The notes beneath the pieces were generated by a model. It was not told where the DNA came from. It was given only the letters and a program-made list of their open reading frames with translations, and made no database searches. A program made the position numbers and the translations under genes. From a virus: DNA of 64,000 nt. Below, piece after piece: positions 12,701-22,426 of this stretch (its first letter is position 1; every line of letters begins with the position of its first letter). The stretch covers positions 31,560-95,559 of the IMG/VR virus record IMGVR_UViG_3300023106_000002; one strand, given 5' to 3'.

Positions 12701-14541
12701 GTAAAGACTACTTAGCAAGTGCTGTATTTGATAATGTAGTTAATAAGTTAAGTGTACAAGTTGGATTAGGATTTAATATCTTAGCTAACATTAAGAACAG
12801 AATGCAAGGACTTACTTCTCTTATTACAAGAGATGGTGAGTTTTGGCAACGAGGAAATATATATCCTGTTAATCACTTTATAGGACTCAATAAAACTCGA
12901 TTCGTCAATCCTTCATATAAAGAAGAATGGGACAAAGCTAACTTGTTTATCAGACAGCTTAATCTTATACAAGATGGTACTAATGAAATACAACGTGCTG
13001 AAAATAAAATAAAATCGAAAGTGAGGTTTTTAAATCCTATGTATGGTACAGAAGTTGTGGAATGGTATAATCAATCTTCAGGTATTTTAGCTATGGCTAT
13101 GGATGTTGAAGTGACAGGTACGAATAGTAGAGTACCTTTATTTGATGGTTCTACTTTTCCAGCATTTGATATTGTAGATGGTACACTTAGATTAAAAGAT
13201 GAATTCAGAAATCCTGAAAACATCGCTCATTTTGAAGATGTAAGTTCAGAGGAAATGATTAATTGGAAAGCTAAAGTGGAAGATATGACACGTAGCTTAA
13301 ATGGAGATTACTCTAAGACAGGAGTTACACGTATTAAAGGAAGTATCTTCACTACTCCAATTATGATGTTTAAAACATGGATTCCTAAATACATATCATC
13401 AAGATATAGAATAGAACAGAAAAATATATTGACAGGAGAAACAGAAACTGGTTACTTAGTTTCTACTTTCTTAAATAAGAAAACGTCTTTCTCAGGAGGA
13501 ATGATGCTAGCAGTAACAGGACTACTTGGTATTCTAAGTAGTTCTCCTGCTATTATTGCATTGCCTATTTTTACAGGAGTTGCTGCTATGGGATTAGCAA
13601 GACATCATTTATCTAAGAAAGCAAGAGTAAATCAGTCAGCACCTTTTGTAGATGATACAGAACCTATTGCTATATTACAACAAGCAATGTATGTGTTGAA
13701 ATCTTTAACACCTTGGCAATTGGCAGAGATGCCTGTTAATTCAATACTTGGTAAACAGTTTATCAAACCTGTTGAATTCAAAGGTGATTTAACTCCAAAA
13801 GAACAAAGTGATGTAAGACTGATGATGCGTAATATGCAGAATGCAGCATTACTTATGTTGACTAAACTTGCAATTCAAGCCTTTCTTAGATTCAATGATG
13901 AAGATGAACCTAAAGGTAAAGCAGGAAGTGAACAACGTAAACGTTATGAAAAACAGCAAGAAGAAAAAGAAAAATGGCAAGCAGAACATAACTTTCTTGA
14001 AAATTTAGTTACAGGACTTTATCAAGAAACTTCACTTGCTGTAGAACCTACTTCATTACTCACTACTATGGGAAGTAAGAATGGATTACAAGGTCCAATA
14101 GATAAGATTATCAAAGCAAGTACTGCACTAGCAAACTACAACAAAGATGAAATACAAAAAGGAGCGAGAGCGGGGCAGTCTAAGACTGGTAATGCATTTC
14201 GTAAATGGTTGTTACCATCATTGTTTAGAGATTTAGGACATGATACATGGAGAGCAGGATTTGAATCATCTATGGAGAAAGAATGGGTTAACAATGAAGG
14301 AATTGATGGAGTATTCGATTCTCAATATAAAATTGATAAGAAAGAAGCTACTGGTAAACGTTCATTAGAGAAGTTACATTATCTTCAGGAATATGAAGAA
14401 AAGAACAATGTAAACATGGAAGACTTATCTACAAGTAAGCAAGATAAGATCGAGAAGAAAGCTAATAGAACAGCTAAGAAAGCAAGTCCTAATCCTGATC
14501 GAAAAGATTATGATGAAGAGCAAGAACTTAAAGATGAGTAA
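9730..14541 (+). CDS. Large virion ejection/cargo protein with hydrophobic hairpin
   Basis: 1603 aa, helical, directly after the vRNAP. Hydrophobic stretch GGMMLAVTGLLGILSSSPAIIALPIFTGVAAMGLA at ~13495-13599. Confidence 0.6.
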   Translation: MSCIGDKITEDLIGNVTHPKKGNFTIKKDSIFIPDTVLSENGSTYGVVKYVEQQLNKRYAELYGTLANDNLGQLTSLVPFNDGIRIDVVPSKSVEKAIEYKQGEATREELKEMIAQELAENEQSDFEVRDQEGNQFFDQEGNVYATLDDAIAAFEREDQSYDSFFPLAAQTVIQPNYEDYIIRKQELIKRMDKQVEKLYNEKRNLNTHGINKRISRFTKIKEQLELDVARFTSNNDKHSLIQEFFNKDFDLINSLLEEPSLDNLFLAKDLFKYIKNTADIRLANIENKLFTPKANTTYSPEVLALIASVHERVNLQERDIEEAVDKVFMTLLEKNQQKLESLYPDKNLEEIKEELLKNLQDITWIESMFFGQGENVTSSNNIIENLIRVEYEKEVVKQEGKAQTIIADINASLPAVEKHLALLGKKIKSTLGGIVYSGYDYRFLYQVDKKGDYKSSLIGKYSLQWENFIYNLNKNHNNNIYLARQMKDWAEVEKLLIGKFNDLNDKSNFVNFTLLHDIFNDPIYDEFKKGTDVEAKAYKDSLIRNIGFDEYQNVIEEQRNLLDNYLEEVDLITEQKLLSEGVADVNDLSDAARQNLNLSIARLNPATFLESFLAGRKGMIEYTIGTQSNEKPSYLKYNTVVPARKSLTGKDTGFYDANFDMIEDSPALYALWAAIKDGTKLINENLIDSNISVKKNSLLLWKKQFAEESVNKDAKSVIKQGLGNMLNLKQFIKDIGSAKLPDYTAKDTVVLPAEVKSFNAAVHNDFEINKTELANILGTRITDETKVAYKTLSLDQQKKIYELFGFTNSPDFERASGGLFKVEALKRFSEKKIMDQQTLNTPLMIKALLEFSAEHRAKTNSLNEVNIYREKSNNIRNQENTLFSKEGTTRKSEVERSDFFYKTVLLNQREKDHSGNITKILTKWADKNEWNFVGRHFYKNFKKDEKVIYDSATKRLAKIEEELADPAINDKVAAALLKEQEDLNARIRLLGKDYLASAVFDNVVNKLSVQVGLGFNILANIKNRMQGLTSLITRDGEFWQRGNIYPVNHFIGLNKTRFVNPSYKEEWDKANLFIRQLNLIQDGTNEIQRAENKIKSKVRFLNPMYGTEVVEWYNQSSGILAMAMDVEVTGTNSRVPLFDGSTFPAFDIVDGTLRLKDEFRNPENIAHFEDVSSEEMINWKAKVEDMTRSLNGDYSKTGVTRIKGSIFTTPIMMFKTWIPKYISSRYRIEQKNILTGETETGYLVSTFLNKKTSFSGGMMLAVTGLLGILSSSPAIIALPIFTGVAAMGLARHHLSKKARVNQSAPFVDDTEPIAILQQAMYVLKSLTPWQLAEMPVNSILGKQFIKPVEFKGDLTPKEQSDVRLMMRNMQNAALLMLTKLAIQAFLRFNDEDEPKGKAGSEQRKRYEKQQEEKEKWQAEHNFLENLVTGLYQETSLAVEPTSLLTTMGSKNGLQGPIDKIIKASTALANYNKDEIQKGARAGQSKTGNAFRKWLLPSLFRDLGHDTWRAGFESSMEKEWVNNEGIDGVFDSQYKIDKKEATGKRSLEKLHYLQEYEEKNNVNMEDLSTSKQDKIEKKANRTAKKASPNPDRKDYDEEQELKDE

Positions 14542-14587
14542 AAAAGTAAAGCCAGGAATTTTGATTAGTCCCTGGCTTTAATTTTAT
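14542..14587. terminator. Bidirectional intrinsic terminator between convergent blocks
   Basis: Stem TAAAGCCAGG...CCTGGCTTTA flanked by A-run and T-rich run, at the +/- convergence point. Confidence 0.85.
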
Positions 14588-14911
14588 TTATCTGCTGTAC
14601 TTCTCAAGTATAGCTTTCAAGTTCTCAATTGATATACATTCTACTTCATCTCCTTCAGTAGTTTCAAGCCATTCAGTATTTGCTGCAATCTCTTGACGCA
14701 TAAGGAAAGTTCTATAAGGTGCAATCAATTTTGCAACGTCATCTACAACTTTTGTATCAGACATTTCTCTTTCAAGATTAGTCATTTCATCGAGTATCTT
14801 ACTATCATTTTCTGAAAAATAATGATTTGTTGCTTCACAATCATCTATAGAACATCTTCCACAACAGTCAAAGATTTTCCATAAGTTCTTGGCTACATCT
14901 TTAAATAACAT
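14588..14911 (-). CDS. Hypothetical protein
   Basis: 107 aa, stop/start overlap with the upstream gene. Confidence 0.6.
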   Translation of the reverse strand: MLFKDVAKNLWKIFDCCGRCSIDDCEATNHYFSENDSKILDEMTNLEREMSDTKVVDDVAKLIAPYRTFLMRQEIAANTEWLETTEGDEVECISIENLKAILEKYSR

Positions 14912-15390
14912 TATATCTCTTTAAATTTAAACTTTTCAAGCATCTCTTCATCGGTAGCAATTACTCCTTTTACATTACGAAGATATTGAAAAGCATGTTG
15001 TTTGTTATTGAACTTAATTGGTTCTCCATCATCTCCTCGAAGAATTTGAATACCACCATCAGCAGGTCTTCCTACAATGATTTTAACAGCTTGTGCAAGT
15101 TCCCAAAGACCTTCCATTTTAGCAAGTTGTTTACTAATACCGTATTCAAGCGCATCATCATGTGTAGGAAATTCAATACTCTTGTTGTTATTGTCTGACA
15201 TCATTCCAATACCAATACAGTAACACCAATAGATATTGATTCGTTTCATGAAAGTACATTCAACTGGATACTCAACTTCCCTTAACCAATATTGAATATC
15301 GGTTAAAGTAGATCCTTGTTGTCCATCAAAACCTAACTTAATAGCTAGATTTACCATAGCTTCGCTAGCTATCTTCTGTCTTTGTACCAT
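14911..15390 (-). CDS. Conserved phage hypothetical protein, related to 46012..46377
   Basis: Shares LAxxxGF, QxWLREV and TxxxALE pattern with the 46012 protein. Confidence 0.6.
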   Translation of the reverse strand: MVQRQKIASEAMVNLAIKLGFDGQQGSTLTDIQYWLREVEYPVECTFMKRINIYWCYCIGIGMMSDNNNKSIEFPTHDDALEYGISKQLAKMEGLWELAQAVKIIVGRPADGGIQILRGDDGEPIKFNNKQHAFQYLRNVKGVIATDEEMLEKFKFKEI

Positions 15391-15391
15391 A

Positions 15392-15685
15392 TTACAGACC
15401 TTTATTATTGCGTTCTTCTAGTCTCACAAGTCTGTCAATTTCAGCAGCAATTAATCCGCCTGCTGTAGCAAGTTCATCAATTCTATCATCATATTCTGAA
15501 GCTTCTGATTCAAGATATTCCCATGCTTCTACTTCATGTTTCATTTGTTGAGGCATAGCATAAACTGCTGCTCTTGTAGCCAACATTTCATCTGTTTGTT
15601 TATCATCTATTTCATTACTATGACCATGTTTAGTAACTTGTTCGATTCTTTTTTGAGCAATTAACTCACTTCCTGATTGTCTCAT
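15392..15685 (-). CDS. Small all-alpha phage protein, possibly MazG-like fold
   Basis: RIEQVTKHGHSNEIDD...LATAGGLIAAEIDRL pattern of a widespread phage family. Confidence 0.5.
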   Translation of the reverse strand: MRQSGSELIAQKRIEQVTKHGHSNEIDDKQTDEMLATRAAVYAMPQQMKHEVEAWEYLESEASEYDDRIDELATAGGLIAAEIDRLVRLEERNNKGL

Positions 15686-16059
15686 TTTAAATTGTGTTTT
15701 AAGTTGAACTTCTTTAAGGCTTCTATAACGATATTCAAATCTATTGATTGTTTGACAAGAACTCGTTTTTTGCCAACTTGTCTTCGTGCCACATAACTTT
15801 TACCATTACCATGTTTACTTATGTGTTTAGGTAATCTTTCAGCAGGTAATTCAATTTCTAAAAGATTGATTATTTTGTCAACAATTGCTTTATCTTTAAC
15901 AAGAGTATTGTAACACATGTCATCAAGTTTAGATACTATGTGAAATACTTTTCTTATAAAAATAGTATCTTCTTCATTCAATATATCAAGTTCCTCTTCA
16001 GATAAATTATTCATTAAGGAGTTGTATATTTCTTCTTCCATATCTAGAAACTTAACCAA
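15682..16059 (-). CDS. Hypothetical protein with AP2-like DNA-binding C-terminus
   Basis: LPKHISKHGNGKSYVARRQVGKKR resembles the AP2/phage beta-sheet DNA-binding domain. Confidence 0.4.
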   Translation of the reverse strand: MVKFLDMEEEIYNSLMNNLSEEELDILNEEDTIFIRKVFHIVSKLDDMCYNTLVKDKAIVDKIINLLEIELPAERLPKHISKHGNGKSYVARRQVGKKRVLVKQSIDLNIVIEALKKFNLKHNLK

Positions 16060-16835
16060 TTAGGGGAATACATAATTCCCACTCCTATGAAACCTTGTAT
16101 CACAGTAAAGTTACCTGTTCCTACACCTAATGCTCCAACAGGACCAATATGTATGTGTTTAGTAGGAGGAAGTTTTGTTTTCCATACACGAAGTTCTGTT
16201 ACTTCATTGTAAGGATTGCCAAGTTTTACATCACTATAAGGTTTACCTTTACCAAGTCCTAGAAAACCAGTAGGTTCAATACCAATAACAATATCAAGTT
16301 CTTCTTTAAATTTAAAAGATATACCTGTACTATCTTTATTCATTTGAACCTTTCCTTTTACCCAACTGATAGTATCAGTCTTTCTAAATTCTTTGAAATC
16401 AAATGGAGTTATATAGGTAGGATTACATGGTTCATCTTTGTTGACAACTACTTCACCTGTAGTAAGAGTAGTATCAACAGATGCTTCTGTACTGATTACA
16501 GCAGCGATACCTTCGTTCTTGAGAGACTTCTTATTCTTTTTTACAAGTTCTTGAAGTCGTTTAATATCTTTCTTATCAGTTTCTAATGCAAGTAATTGAT
16601 CTGCATTTTCAGTTTCCAAAGTAGTGATTCGACCATGATTTTTACCATCCTTATCTTTATAGTTAAGTAATGTATCATTAACTGCTTTATACAATGTGTC
16701 AGCCATAGCAGCATCTCTGTTAGCTTCACAAGTTCTGACACTTAGCAGAATGATAATAATCAATGCTACGATTCCACCTATGTAAAAACGCTGTTTCCAT
16801 TTAAAACTATACTGGTTAATTTCGCTTTCAGTCAT
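16044..16835 (-). CDS. Membrane-anchored coiled-coil/beta protein, putative spanin-like lysis accessory
   Basis: N-terminal TM helix, coiled coil, C-terminal amphipathic Gly-rich beta hairpin ending in Phe. Confidence 0.45.
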   Translation of the reverse strand: MTESEINQYSFKWKQRFYIGGIVALIIIILLSVRTCEANRDAAMADTLYKAVNDTLLNYKDKDGKNHGRITTLETENADQLLALETDKKDIKRLQELVKKNKKSLKNEGIAAVISTEASVDTTLTTGEVVVNKDEPCNPTYITPFDFKEFRKTDTISWVKGKVQMNKDSTGISFKFKEELDIVIGIEPTGFLGLGKGKPYSDVKLGNPYNEVTELRVWKTKLPPTKHIHIGPVGALGVGTGNFTVIQGFIGVGIMYSPNWLSF

Positions 16836-16859
16836 TCTTTGCTGGTATTAGATAACCTA

Positions 16860-17183
16860 TCAAAGGTTACAGATTAATAATAGTTCATATTCTTGTTGAG
16901 TAAAGCATTCATCAGGTCTTAAAGGACGCTCAAATCTTTGATGAGGATTTTCTCCATACTTCAACATTAACAAATCTTGTGTGGTTATCCACATACTTAC
17001 ATTATTAATTTTCATCATTACTACATCATGAGAATTCGTTTCAGTATTGTAAGGTATATTTATCTGATGGATAATAGCCATCATAAAAAACAATTTCTTT
17101 TCTCTGAGTTCAAGTAAATGATTTGACTCATTCATGTTTGCATGCCATAAACCTTCTTTGTAAACTAGACCTCTTGCTTTCAT
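16860..17183 (-). CDS. Hypothetical protein (C-terminal ELLL tag)
   Basis: 107 aa; ends QQEYELLLICNL. Confidence 0.65.
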   Translation of the reverse strand: MKARGLVYKEGLWHANMNESNHLLELREKKLFFMMAIIHQINIPYNTETNSHDVVMMKINNVSMWITTQDLLMLKYGENPHQRFERPLRPDECFTQQEYELLLICNL

Positions 17184-17842
17184 AATTTACAACACATTAA
17201 AAGTTCATTTTCATCAAAATCATCATCTCCAAGATAGTAAAGTTCTTCTTTATTTGAAGTAGGTCTGAAATCACGTATTCTTAAATTGTGAAAGTTTCCT
17301 CCACAATATTCAAGATGTATGAAAGCATCTCTTAAATTAGCTTGTCTTACAATAATATTACAACCACTTGCTTTATACTCTTCAATTACGCGATGTATTT
17401 GTCGCATAAGTTCTTCATCAGTTCTTCTTGTATCGAGAAAAGTAGCAGCATGATCTGAAAGATAAATACGTTCTCTTGTTTCAAGTGCTAAGTCAACTAA
17501 AATTTGTGCTTGTAAACGAGTTCTTCCTGATCTTCTGAAGTCTCTTCCATAGAAAGCTTTTAACTTCATTGCAAAGTCTTCATCATTTGCAAAATTATAA
17601 TCATTTTCTTTCATAGGAGTTTGTTTTAAAGGTTCATTAAATACAGCATATTCAAAAATACGTTGTGAAACCATTTTGCCTGAATATTCTCCATGTCCTT
17701 GAGGTACTTTATATCCTATTCGTTTACCTGTAACAGGATGTAGAATTTCATCAGCAGTACCCGTTACAGTACGAATTTGAGGTAATGAAGTACCTCTAAC
17801 TTTAGAAGGTACTCCATTATCATCTATATCTATAAGATACAT
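17180..17842 (-). CDS. Hypothetical protein (C-terminal ELLM tag)
   Basis: 220 aa; ends DENELLMCCKL; internal RRSGRT may be a degenerate P-loop. Confidence 0.65.
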   Translation of the reverse strand: MYLIDIDDNGVPSKVRGTSLPQIRTVTGTADEILHPVTGKRIGYKVPQGHGEYSGKMVSQRIFEYAVFNEPLKQTPMKENDYNFANDEDFAMKLKAFYGRDFRRSGRTRLQAQILVDLALETRERIYLSDHAATFLDTRRTDEELMRQIHRVIEEYKASGCNIIVRQANLRDAFIHLEYCGGNFHNLRIRDFRPTSNKEELYYLGDDDFDENELLMCCKL

Positions 17843-18417
17843 TATTCCTCAGTTTTTTCGAGTTGTTCTCTCTCAGCATCTAAGTTTCTATTCAATGCTG
17901 CATCTTCTGTAAACTTCTGAGGGTATCTCACCATTAACTTTGTAATGTTATTGGTAAGTATTTGAAAGAAATCTAATTTCCAAATATGACAAATGAAAGC
18001 ATAAAAAGCTAAGTTCTTTTCAGCAGCTGATTCGTCATATTCACTTACAAATACACGAGCAATTTCAAGAGTATATATGAGATTTATTTTCTCATTGTTT
18101 CTGTCTGTTACATCTTCATTGTACAACCTAATATAAAGGTCGAGGTCTTCTGCAAAGTAAAGATCATTGATAGGAATGTTTTTCATTCTCAAGTCATTTA
18201 CTTCATACCATACAGCATCTGCAAGTTCTTCACCTACATTCACTAAGTCAAGAGGTTTATTATAAGCAAGCTTCTTTTTAAAAGGATCGAGCATTTCACC
18301 CATTTCTGTTTGAATACCTGCCCACATGTGTAAGTCGTTTTCAACTTTTCCTAAATCAGGACAAGTTCTTGATGCAAGTTGTTGATATTCTGCAAGTGTT
18401 TTAATTTTTGGTATCAT
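17842..18417 (-). CDS. MazG-like nucleotide pyrophosphohydrolase
   Basis: YQQLASRT, GIQTEMGEMLDPFKK, EELADAVWY, NITKLMVRYP. Start moved to ATG 18417, just after the thyA stop. Confidence 0.85.
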   Translation of the reverse strand: MIPKIKTLAEYQQLASRTCPDLGKVENDLHMWAGIQTEMGEMLDPFKKKLAYNKPLDLVNVGEELADAVWYEVNDLRMKNIPINDLYFAEDLDLYIRLYNEDVTDRNNEKINLIYTLEIARVFVSEYDESAAEKNLAFYAFICHIWKLDFFQILTNNITKLMVRYPQKFTEDAALNRNLDAEREQLEKTEE

Positions 18418-18418
18418 A

Positions 18419-19525
18419 TTATTCAGTTGGTGCGAACATGTCCGCTTTAAGTGGTGGAAATGATTGATAGTTCTCGAAGATAAAATCTTCATGTGTCAAT
18501 CTTGATATGAATTCATCAAAGGTTTGTCTACCTTCTTTGTATTCTTTTAAGTGTTCAAGGTAATGTTCTGAGAAAGATAATTGACATCCTGAAAAAGCAT
18601 GTGGATTATTACTCAACTGTTCTCTTACAACTTCAATGTGAGGTTGATAAAAGTGAACATTTGATAAATCTCCTATAATGCTCATAGGTATCATATCAAC
18701 TATACTACCTATGATATAAGATTGTAATGCATAACTTGCAATGTTAAAAGGAAGACCTAAAAAAGTATCAACTGAACGTTGATGCCATTTAAGTGTGAAA
18801 CCATATAATGGAACATGCACAAGTTCTTCTAACAAAGTAGCTTTTGCTTCTTCATCTTTGTTTTTACCGAAACCTTCTAACCACAAAGCATTCAAATACT
18901 CTTGGTCTTTACCTGAATATTCAATACGTTGTGAATAAGACAATGGTCTTGGTAATACTTCAAATGCCCAATGACAAGGAGGCAAAGCTGTTTGATCAAG
19001 TTCTGATGGATTCCAAGCAGTTACAATGTGTCTTCTTGAAATAGGATTTGATTTGCGAAGGTTGTGAAGAAGTTCTATGATTTGATCAACATTAGAAGGT
19101 ATATATCCTATTTTAGTACCTTGAATATTAGTCCAATCTCTCCATTGAACACCATAGTTTCTACCTACATCTCCCCATAGTAAATCATTTTCAAGATCAA
19201 CTTGAAATCCTTTTTCATCCCCCTTATACATAGGATGCTTTTTCTTATGATAAGTCAATGCATCTTTGTTCCATATAGTAACTCCTTTTTTAGCTAAAGA
19301 AGATGCTTTTGTATCTCCTCGAAGAAACCATAACAATTCTTCAACAATTCCTTTAGTAAACATCTTCTTTGTAGTAAGTAAAGGAAATTCTGTCAATGGA
19401 AGTTCCAAGTTAACAGATGTTAACTGTCTACATGGAACATTAGGTCTGTTTTCTGTGGTATATTCATACCCTGTATCAAGTATAGCATTAGCTAATGCAT
19501 GATATTGAACATCTACTTTAGCCAT
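18419..19525 (-). CDS. thyA: Thymidylate synthase
   Basis: FPLLTTKK, ELLWFLRG, YGVQWR, ALPPCH (catalytic Cys), QRSVDTFLGLPFNIASY (dUMP-specifying Asn). ~45-aa insertion after PCH. Confidence 0.97.
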   Translation of the reverse strand: MAKVDVQYHALANAILDTGYEYTTENRPNVPCRQLTSVNLELPLTEFPLLTTKKMFTKGIVEELLWFLRGDTKASSLAKKGVTIWNKDALTYHKKKHPMYKGDEKGFQVDLENDLLWGDVGRNYGVQWRDWTNIQGTKIGYIPSNVDQIIELLHNLRKSNPISRRHIVTAWNPSELDQTALPPCHWAFEVLPRPLSYSQRIEYSGKDQEYLNALWLEGFGKNKDEEAKATLLEELVHVPLYGFTLKWHQRSVDTFLGLPFNIASYALQSYIIGSIVDMIPMSIIGDLSNVHFYQPHIEVVREQLSNNPHAFSGCQLSFSEHYLEHLKEYKEGRQTFDEFISRLTHEDFIFENYQSFPPLKADMFAPTE

Positions 19526-19722
19526 TATAAAGAGGTGTTAACAGTTGCTTCAATTAATGTCACTCCAAATGGAACATTGTCATCAGGAGTACTCTTAAAT
19601 TGAACAGCCTTTTGTTTATTGCTTGTTTCAAAAGTCAAACTAACACCTTCAATAAGTAACTCTTTACTGAGTACTTCAATTTTAGCTAAATGTTCTCTTA
19701 GCTGTTGCACTTTTTCTTTCAT
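19525..19722 (-). CDS. Hypothetical protein
   Basis: 65 aa, coupled to neighbours. Confidence 0.55.
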   Translation of the reverse strand: MKEKVQQLREHLAKIEVLSKELLIEGVSLTFETSNKQKAVQFKSTPDDNVPFGVTLIEATVNTSL

Positions 19723-19931
19723 GAATTTGATTTTAGTTGTAAATTATTATCGTCATCATAGTAGTAACATTCACTACAATAATGTTTGTCTCCTTGGATT
19801 ACAAAATCAGCATCAGATGCAATATCTAGCGCTACTGATTTATCACACCATGCTGCATATTCAGTTCCTTGACAACTGTCTTTTTGACAATTATCACAAA
19901 TAACTGTGTACATTGTTACTTCTTGTATCAT
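19719..19931 (-). CDS. Small zinc-finger protein
   Basis: CDNC ... HYCSEC. Confidence 0.7.
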   Translation of the reverse strand: MIQEVTMYTVICDNCQKDSCQGTEYAAWCDKSVALDIASDADFVIQGDKHYCSECYYYDDDNNLQLKSNS

Positions 19932-19934
19932 GTT

Positions 19935-21455
19935 TTAAGGAATTAAATTAACGTCTTCTTCATCTACTGTATCTCTTAGATTCAAGTAGTAAAGTTCTTT
20001 CTTTGCTCGTGTTCTTGCTACGTATTTAAGATTACGTTCTTGTTCAAGCTGCATTGGTGATTTGGCAAATTTAGAAGGGATCAGAAACTCGTTTAAAATG
20101 TAAACGATGTCTGCTTCCAAACCTTTGGATTTGTGGATTGTACACAGCGTGATGGCTTCTTCATCAGGGATTTCGTGAAACATTGAGTTTAAGGACTGCA
20201 ACATTACTTCGACTTTATCATCCCCTATCACAATATTTTCAACAAGGAGTGTAAAGTTAGCTAAATTTTGCTTCATACGATAATATTTGAAGCGTTGTTC
20301 ATCTGATTTATCCTTCACTTTATCGAGTTGCAGAAGTTCACTAGTTAGTTTGCGTTTTGTTTCACTAACTGACTTATAGTTATAAGGTTTCAAGAACTTA
20401 GTTAAAGAGTTTAATATATCTTCTCCTTTTAAGTAAACTTTGCGTTTTTGTGCAAGAAGTTGAAAATACAAAATGATAAGAGGACTCGTATTTCTACATA
20501 TAATCATAGAACCTCCTTGTATATCATCAATAAATGATAGTCTTCCTACAATACCTGCTTCTTCTTTGAACCCTTCCATAACATCATAAACAGCATTAGC
20601 TTCATCTATGATTAGTTGAGGACACCTGTAACAGATACTTAATGGTAGTTCAACAGTATTAGGTTTTTCAATGAACATATCAAATGAATTACCTGAAGCA
20701 CCGCTGAAGCCATAAATAGATTGATTTCGATCACCAACTGCTATCATTTTCTTAATATCACCTTGTCCAACCAGCAAAGAAATGAATTGATGCTGGGCAA
20801 TATTCAAATCTTGGCACTCATCTACAAGTAGATAATAGGGATCAATAGGTATTCGCATTTGTTCACGAACTGGTAAGAATATCATATCGATAAAATCAAC
20901 TTCTACCTTACCATTATACCTTTCTTCTCGCAAGGAAATAAACTCTGTCCATAATTCGCTTAATTGTGGATGGTCAAAGAAGTACTTATCCATTTCACTC
21001 ATTGCTTTGAAGATCTCTTTAACGTCATTAGTCATGAACAACCTAGATATGTCATTCATTTCTATGATAGTCATATTAATCTTAGCCTTGTCTTCCCATA
21101 TCAATGACTTAAAGATACGTCTATTAAAACGTTCTAAGTCTTTAAGGATTTGCCATGACTTGTTTGTATTGACTGTCACATTCTTCTGACCATAGTGAGC
21201 AATTACAGCTTTCAACCCTAAGGCATGAACTGTAAGTGCTTTACCATGTTTGAAACCTTTTGCTTCAATCTTAGCTTGAATGTCTTCTTGTATCGACTTA
21301 TTGAAAGCTAAAAACAAAGTTTTATACTGAGAACGCTCTAAGATACCAAGCAATGTAGATGTCTTACCTGAACCTGCTACAGCCTTGATAACAATGTTCT
21401 CATCAGTAGTTGTCCAAGCATCATAAATAGCTTGTTGTTTATTACTCGGTATCAT
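19935..21455 (-). CDS. UvrD/Rep-like SF1 helicase
   Basis: AVAGSGKTST, DECQD, VGDRNQSIYGFSGA, YRCP, TIHKSKGLE, YVARTRAK. Confidence 0.93.
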   Translation of the reverse strand: MIPSNKQQAIYDAWTTTDENIVIKAVAGSGKTSTLLGILERSQYKTLFLAFNKSIQEDIQAKIEAKGFKHGKALTVHALGLKAVIAHYGQKNVTVNTNKSWQILKDLERFNRRIFKSLIWEDKAKINMTIIEMNDISRLFMTNDVKEIFKAMSEMDKYFFDHPQLSELWTEFISLREERYNGKVEVDFIDMIFLPVREQMRIPIDPYYLLVDECQDLNIAQHQFISLLVGQGDIKKMIAVGDRNQSIYGFSGASGNSFDMFIEKPNTVELPLSICYRCPQLIIDEANAVYDVMEGFKEEAGIVGRLSFIDDIQGGSMIICRNTSPLIILYFQLLAQKRKVYLKGEDILNSLTKFLKPYNYKSVSETKRKLTSELLQLDKVKDKSDEQRFKYYRMKQNLANFTLLVENIVIGDDKVEVMLQSLNSMFHEIPDEEAITLCTIHKSKGLEADIVYILNEFLIPSKFAKSPMQLEQERNLKYVARTRAKKELYYLNLRDTVDEEDVNLIP

Positions 21456-22423
21456 ATAATACCTGCTTTAGTTAACACCTTCTCAACTTGAACAACTAAA
21501 TCTTCTATACTACCATCGTTATAAATAGTGTAATCTGTTATAGCTGCATCTAATCCTGTTTCACTTTCATGTTGATTTGGATAAAATTCTTTTAAATAAA
21601 AAAGATAAGCATCATGTTTTGTATGCCTAGAGGCATTCATTGATATAGCTTTCTCACCATCAACACTCTTCCACCAATGAGCCATACCATCATTATGATA
21701 CATAACTCCTCTTACTACACGAATAGTAATTCCTTCTCGATCTTTCACAGCTTTCATCTCATTTGGAAATCGCATATCTGTAATAATCCAGTTAGGATAG
21801 ATAAGTTCTTTGCAACATTCTTCACATCGAGTCTGTCTTTTATCTACTCCTGACATAGAGATGTTGCATTTTTGACATTTTCCCATGTAATCTCCTTCGT
21901 GAAATGCAACTTGAATTGTCTCAAAGTCATATCTAGCAAATAAAGCATTTACCCAAATATTAGGATGAATAATTTGTCTTCCACATTCAGTCCCAAGTAA
22001 TTGAAGAAGTAATCGATAAGTAAGTCTTCTTTCTTGCAAACTTCCATTTGTTAAAATTCTAACAGCTTTTCTTGCTTCTTCTATATCTGTAAACAGTAAA
22101 GGACTTTCAACATTGTCTTCATCATGATTAACTTCCCAACAATTCCAATCTTCTCCAATCTCCTGATTCTTAAAATCAGCATCTTCAAGTTGTTCTCTTG
22201 TACAACCAGTAAGTAAACAAACAGCATCTTTCAATTTATCTGCAAACTTCTTTATATCATAAGGATACATCCAAGTCCCATCTTCATTTTGAGCATCATT
22301 ATAATACTCAAGAAAACCTTCTATACTATCGTATTGATTATAACCACCTGTAAGGAGAAAGTTAATGATTTTCCCTACTGTATCTTTACCACTCGAAATT
22401 TTTCCGTTGATTCCTATAATCAT
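21452..22423 (-). CDS. Deoxynucleoside monophosphate kinase with zinc-ribbon insertion
   Basis: IIGINGKISSGKDT, FADKLK, RLLLQLLGTECGR, IITDMRFPNE, HESE. Inserted CQKC...CEEC. Confidence 0.88.
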   Translation of the reverse strand: MIIGINGKISSGKDTVGKIINFLLTGGYNQYDSIEGFLEYYNDAQNEDGTWMYPYDIKKFADKLKDAVCLLTGCTREQLEDADFKNQEIGEDWNCWEVNHDEDNVESPLLFTDIEEARKAVRILTNGSLQERRLTYRLLLQLLGTECGRQIIHPNIWVNALFARYDFETIQVAFHEGDYMGKCQKCNISMSGVDKRQTRCEECCKELIYPNWIITDMRFPNEMKAVKDREGITIRVVRGVMYHNDGMAHWWKSVDGEKAISMNASRHTKHDAYLFYLKEFYPNQHESETGLDAAITDYTIYNDGSIEDLVVQVEKVLTKAGII

Positions 22424-22426
22424 AAC

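Noticed and set aside
18419-19525. ThyA homologue as a base-modifying hydroxymethylase
   Set aside because: It keeps the dUMP-specifying Asn (PFNIASY), and the phage encodes UDG; no hmdU kinase or glycosyltransferase seen in the window.
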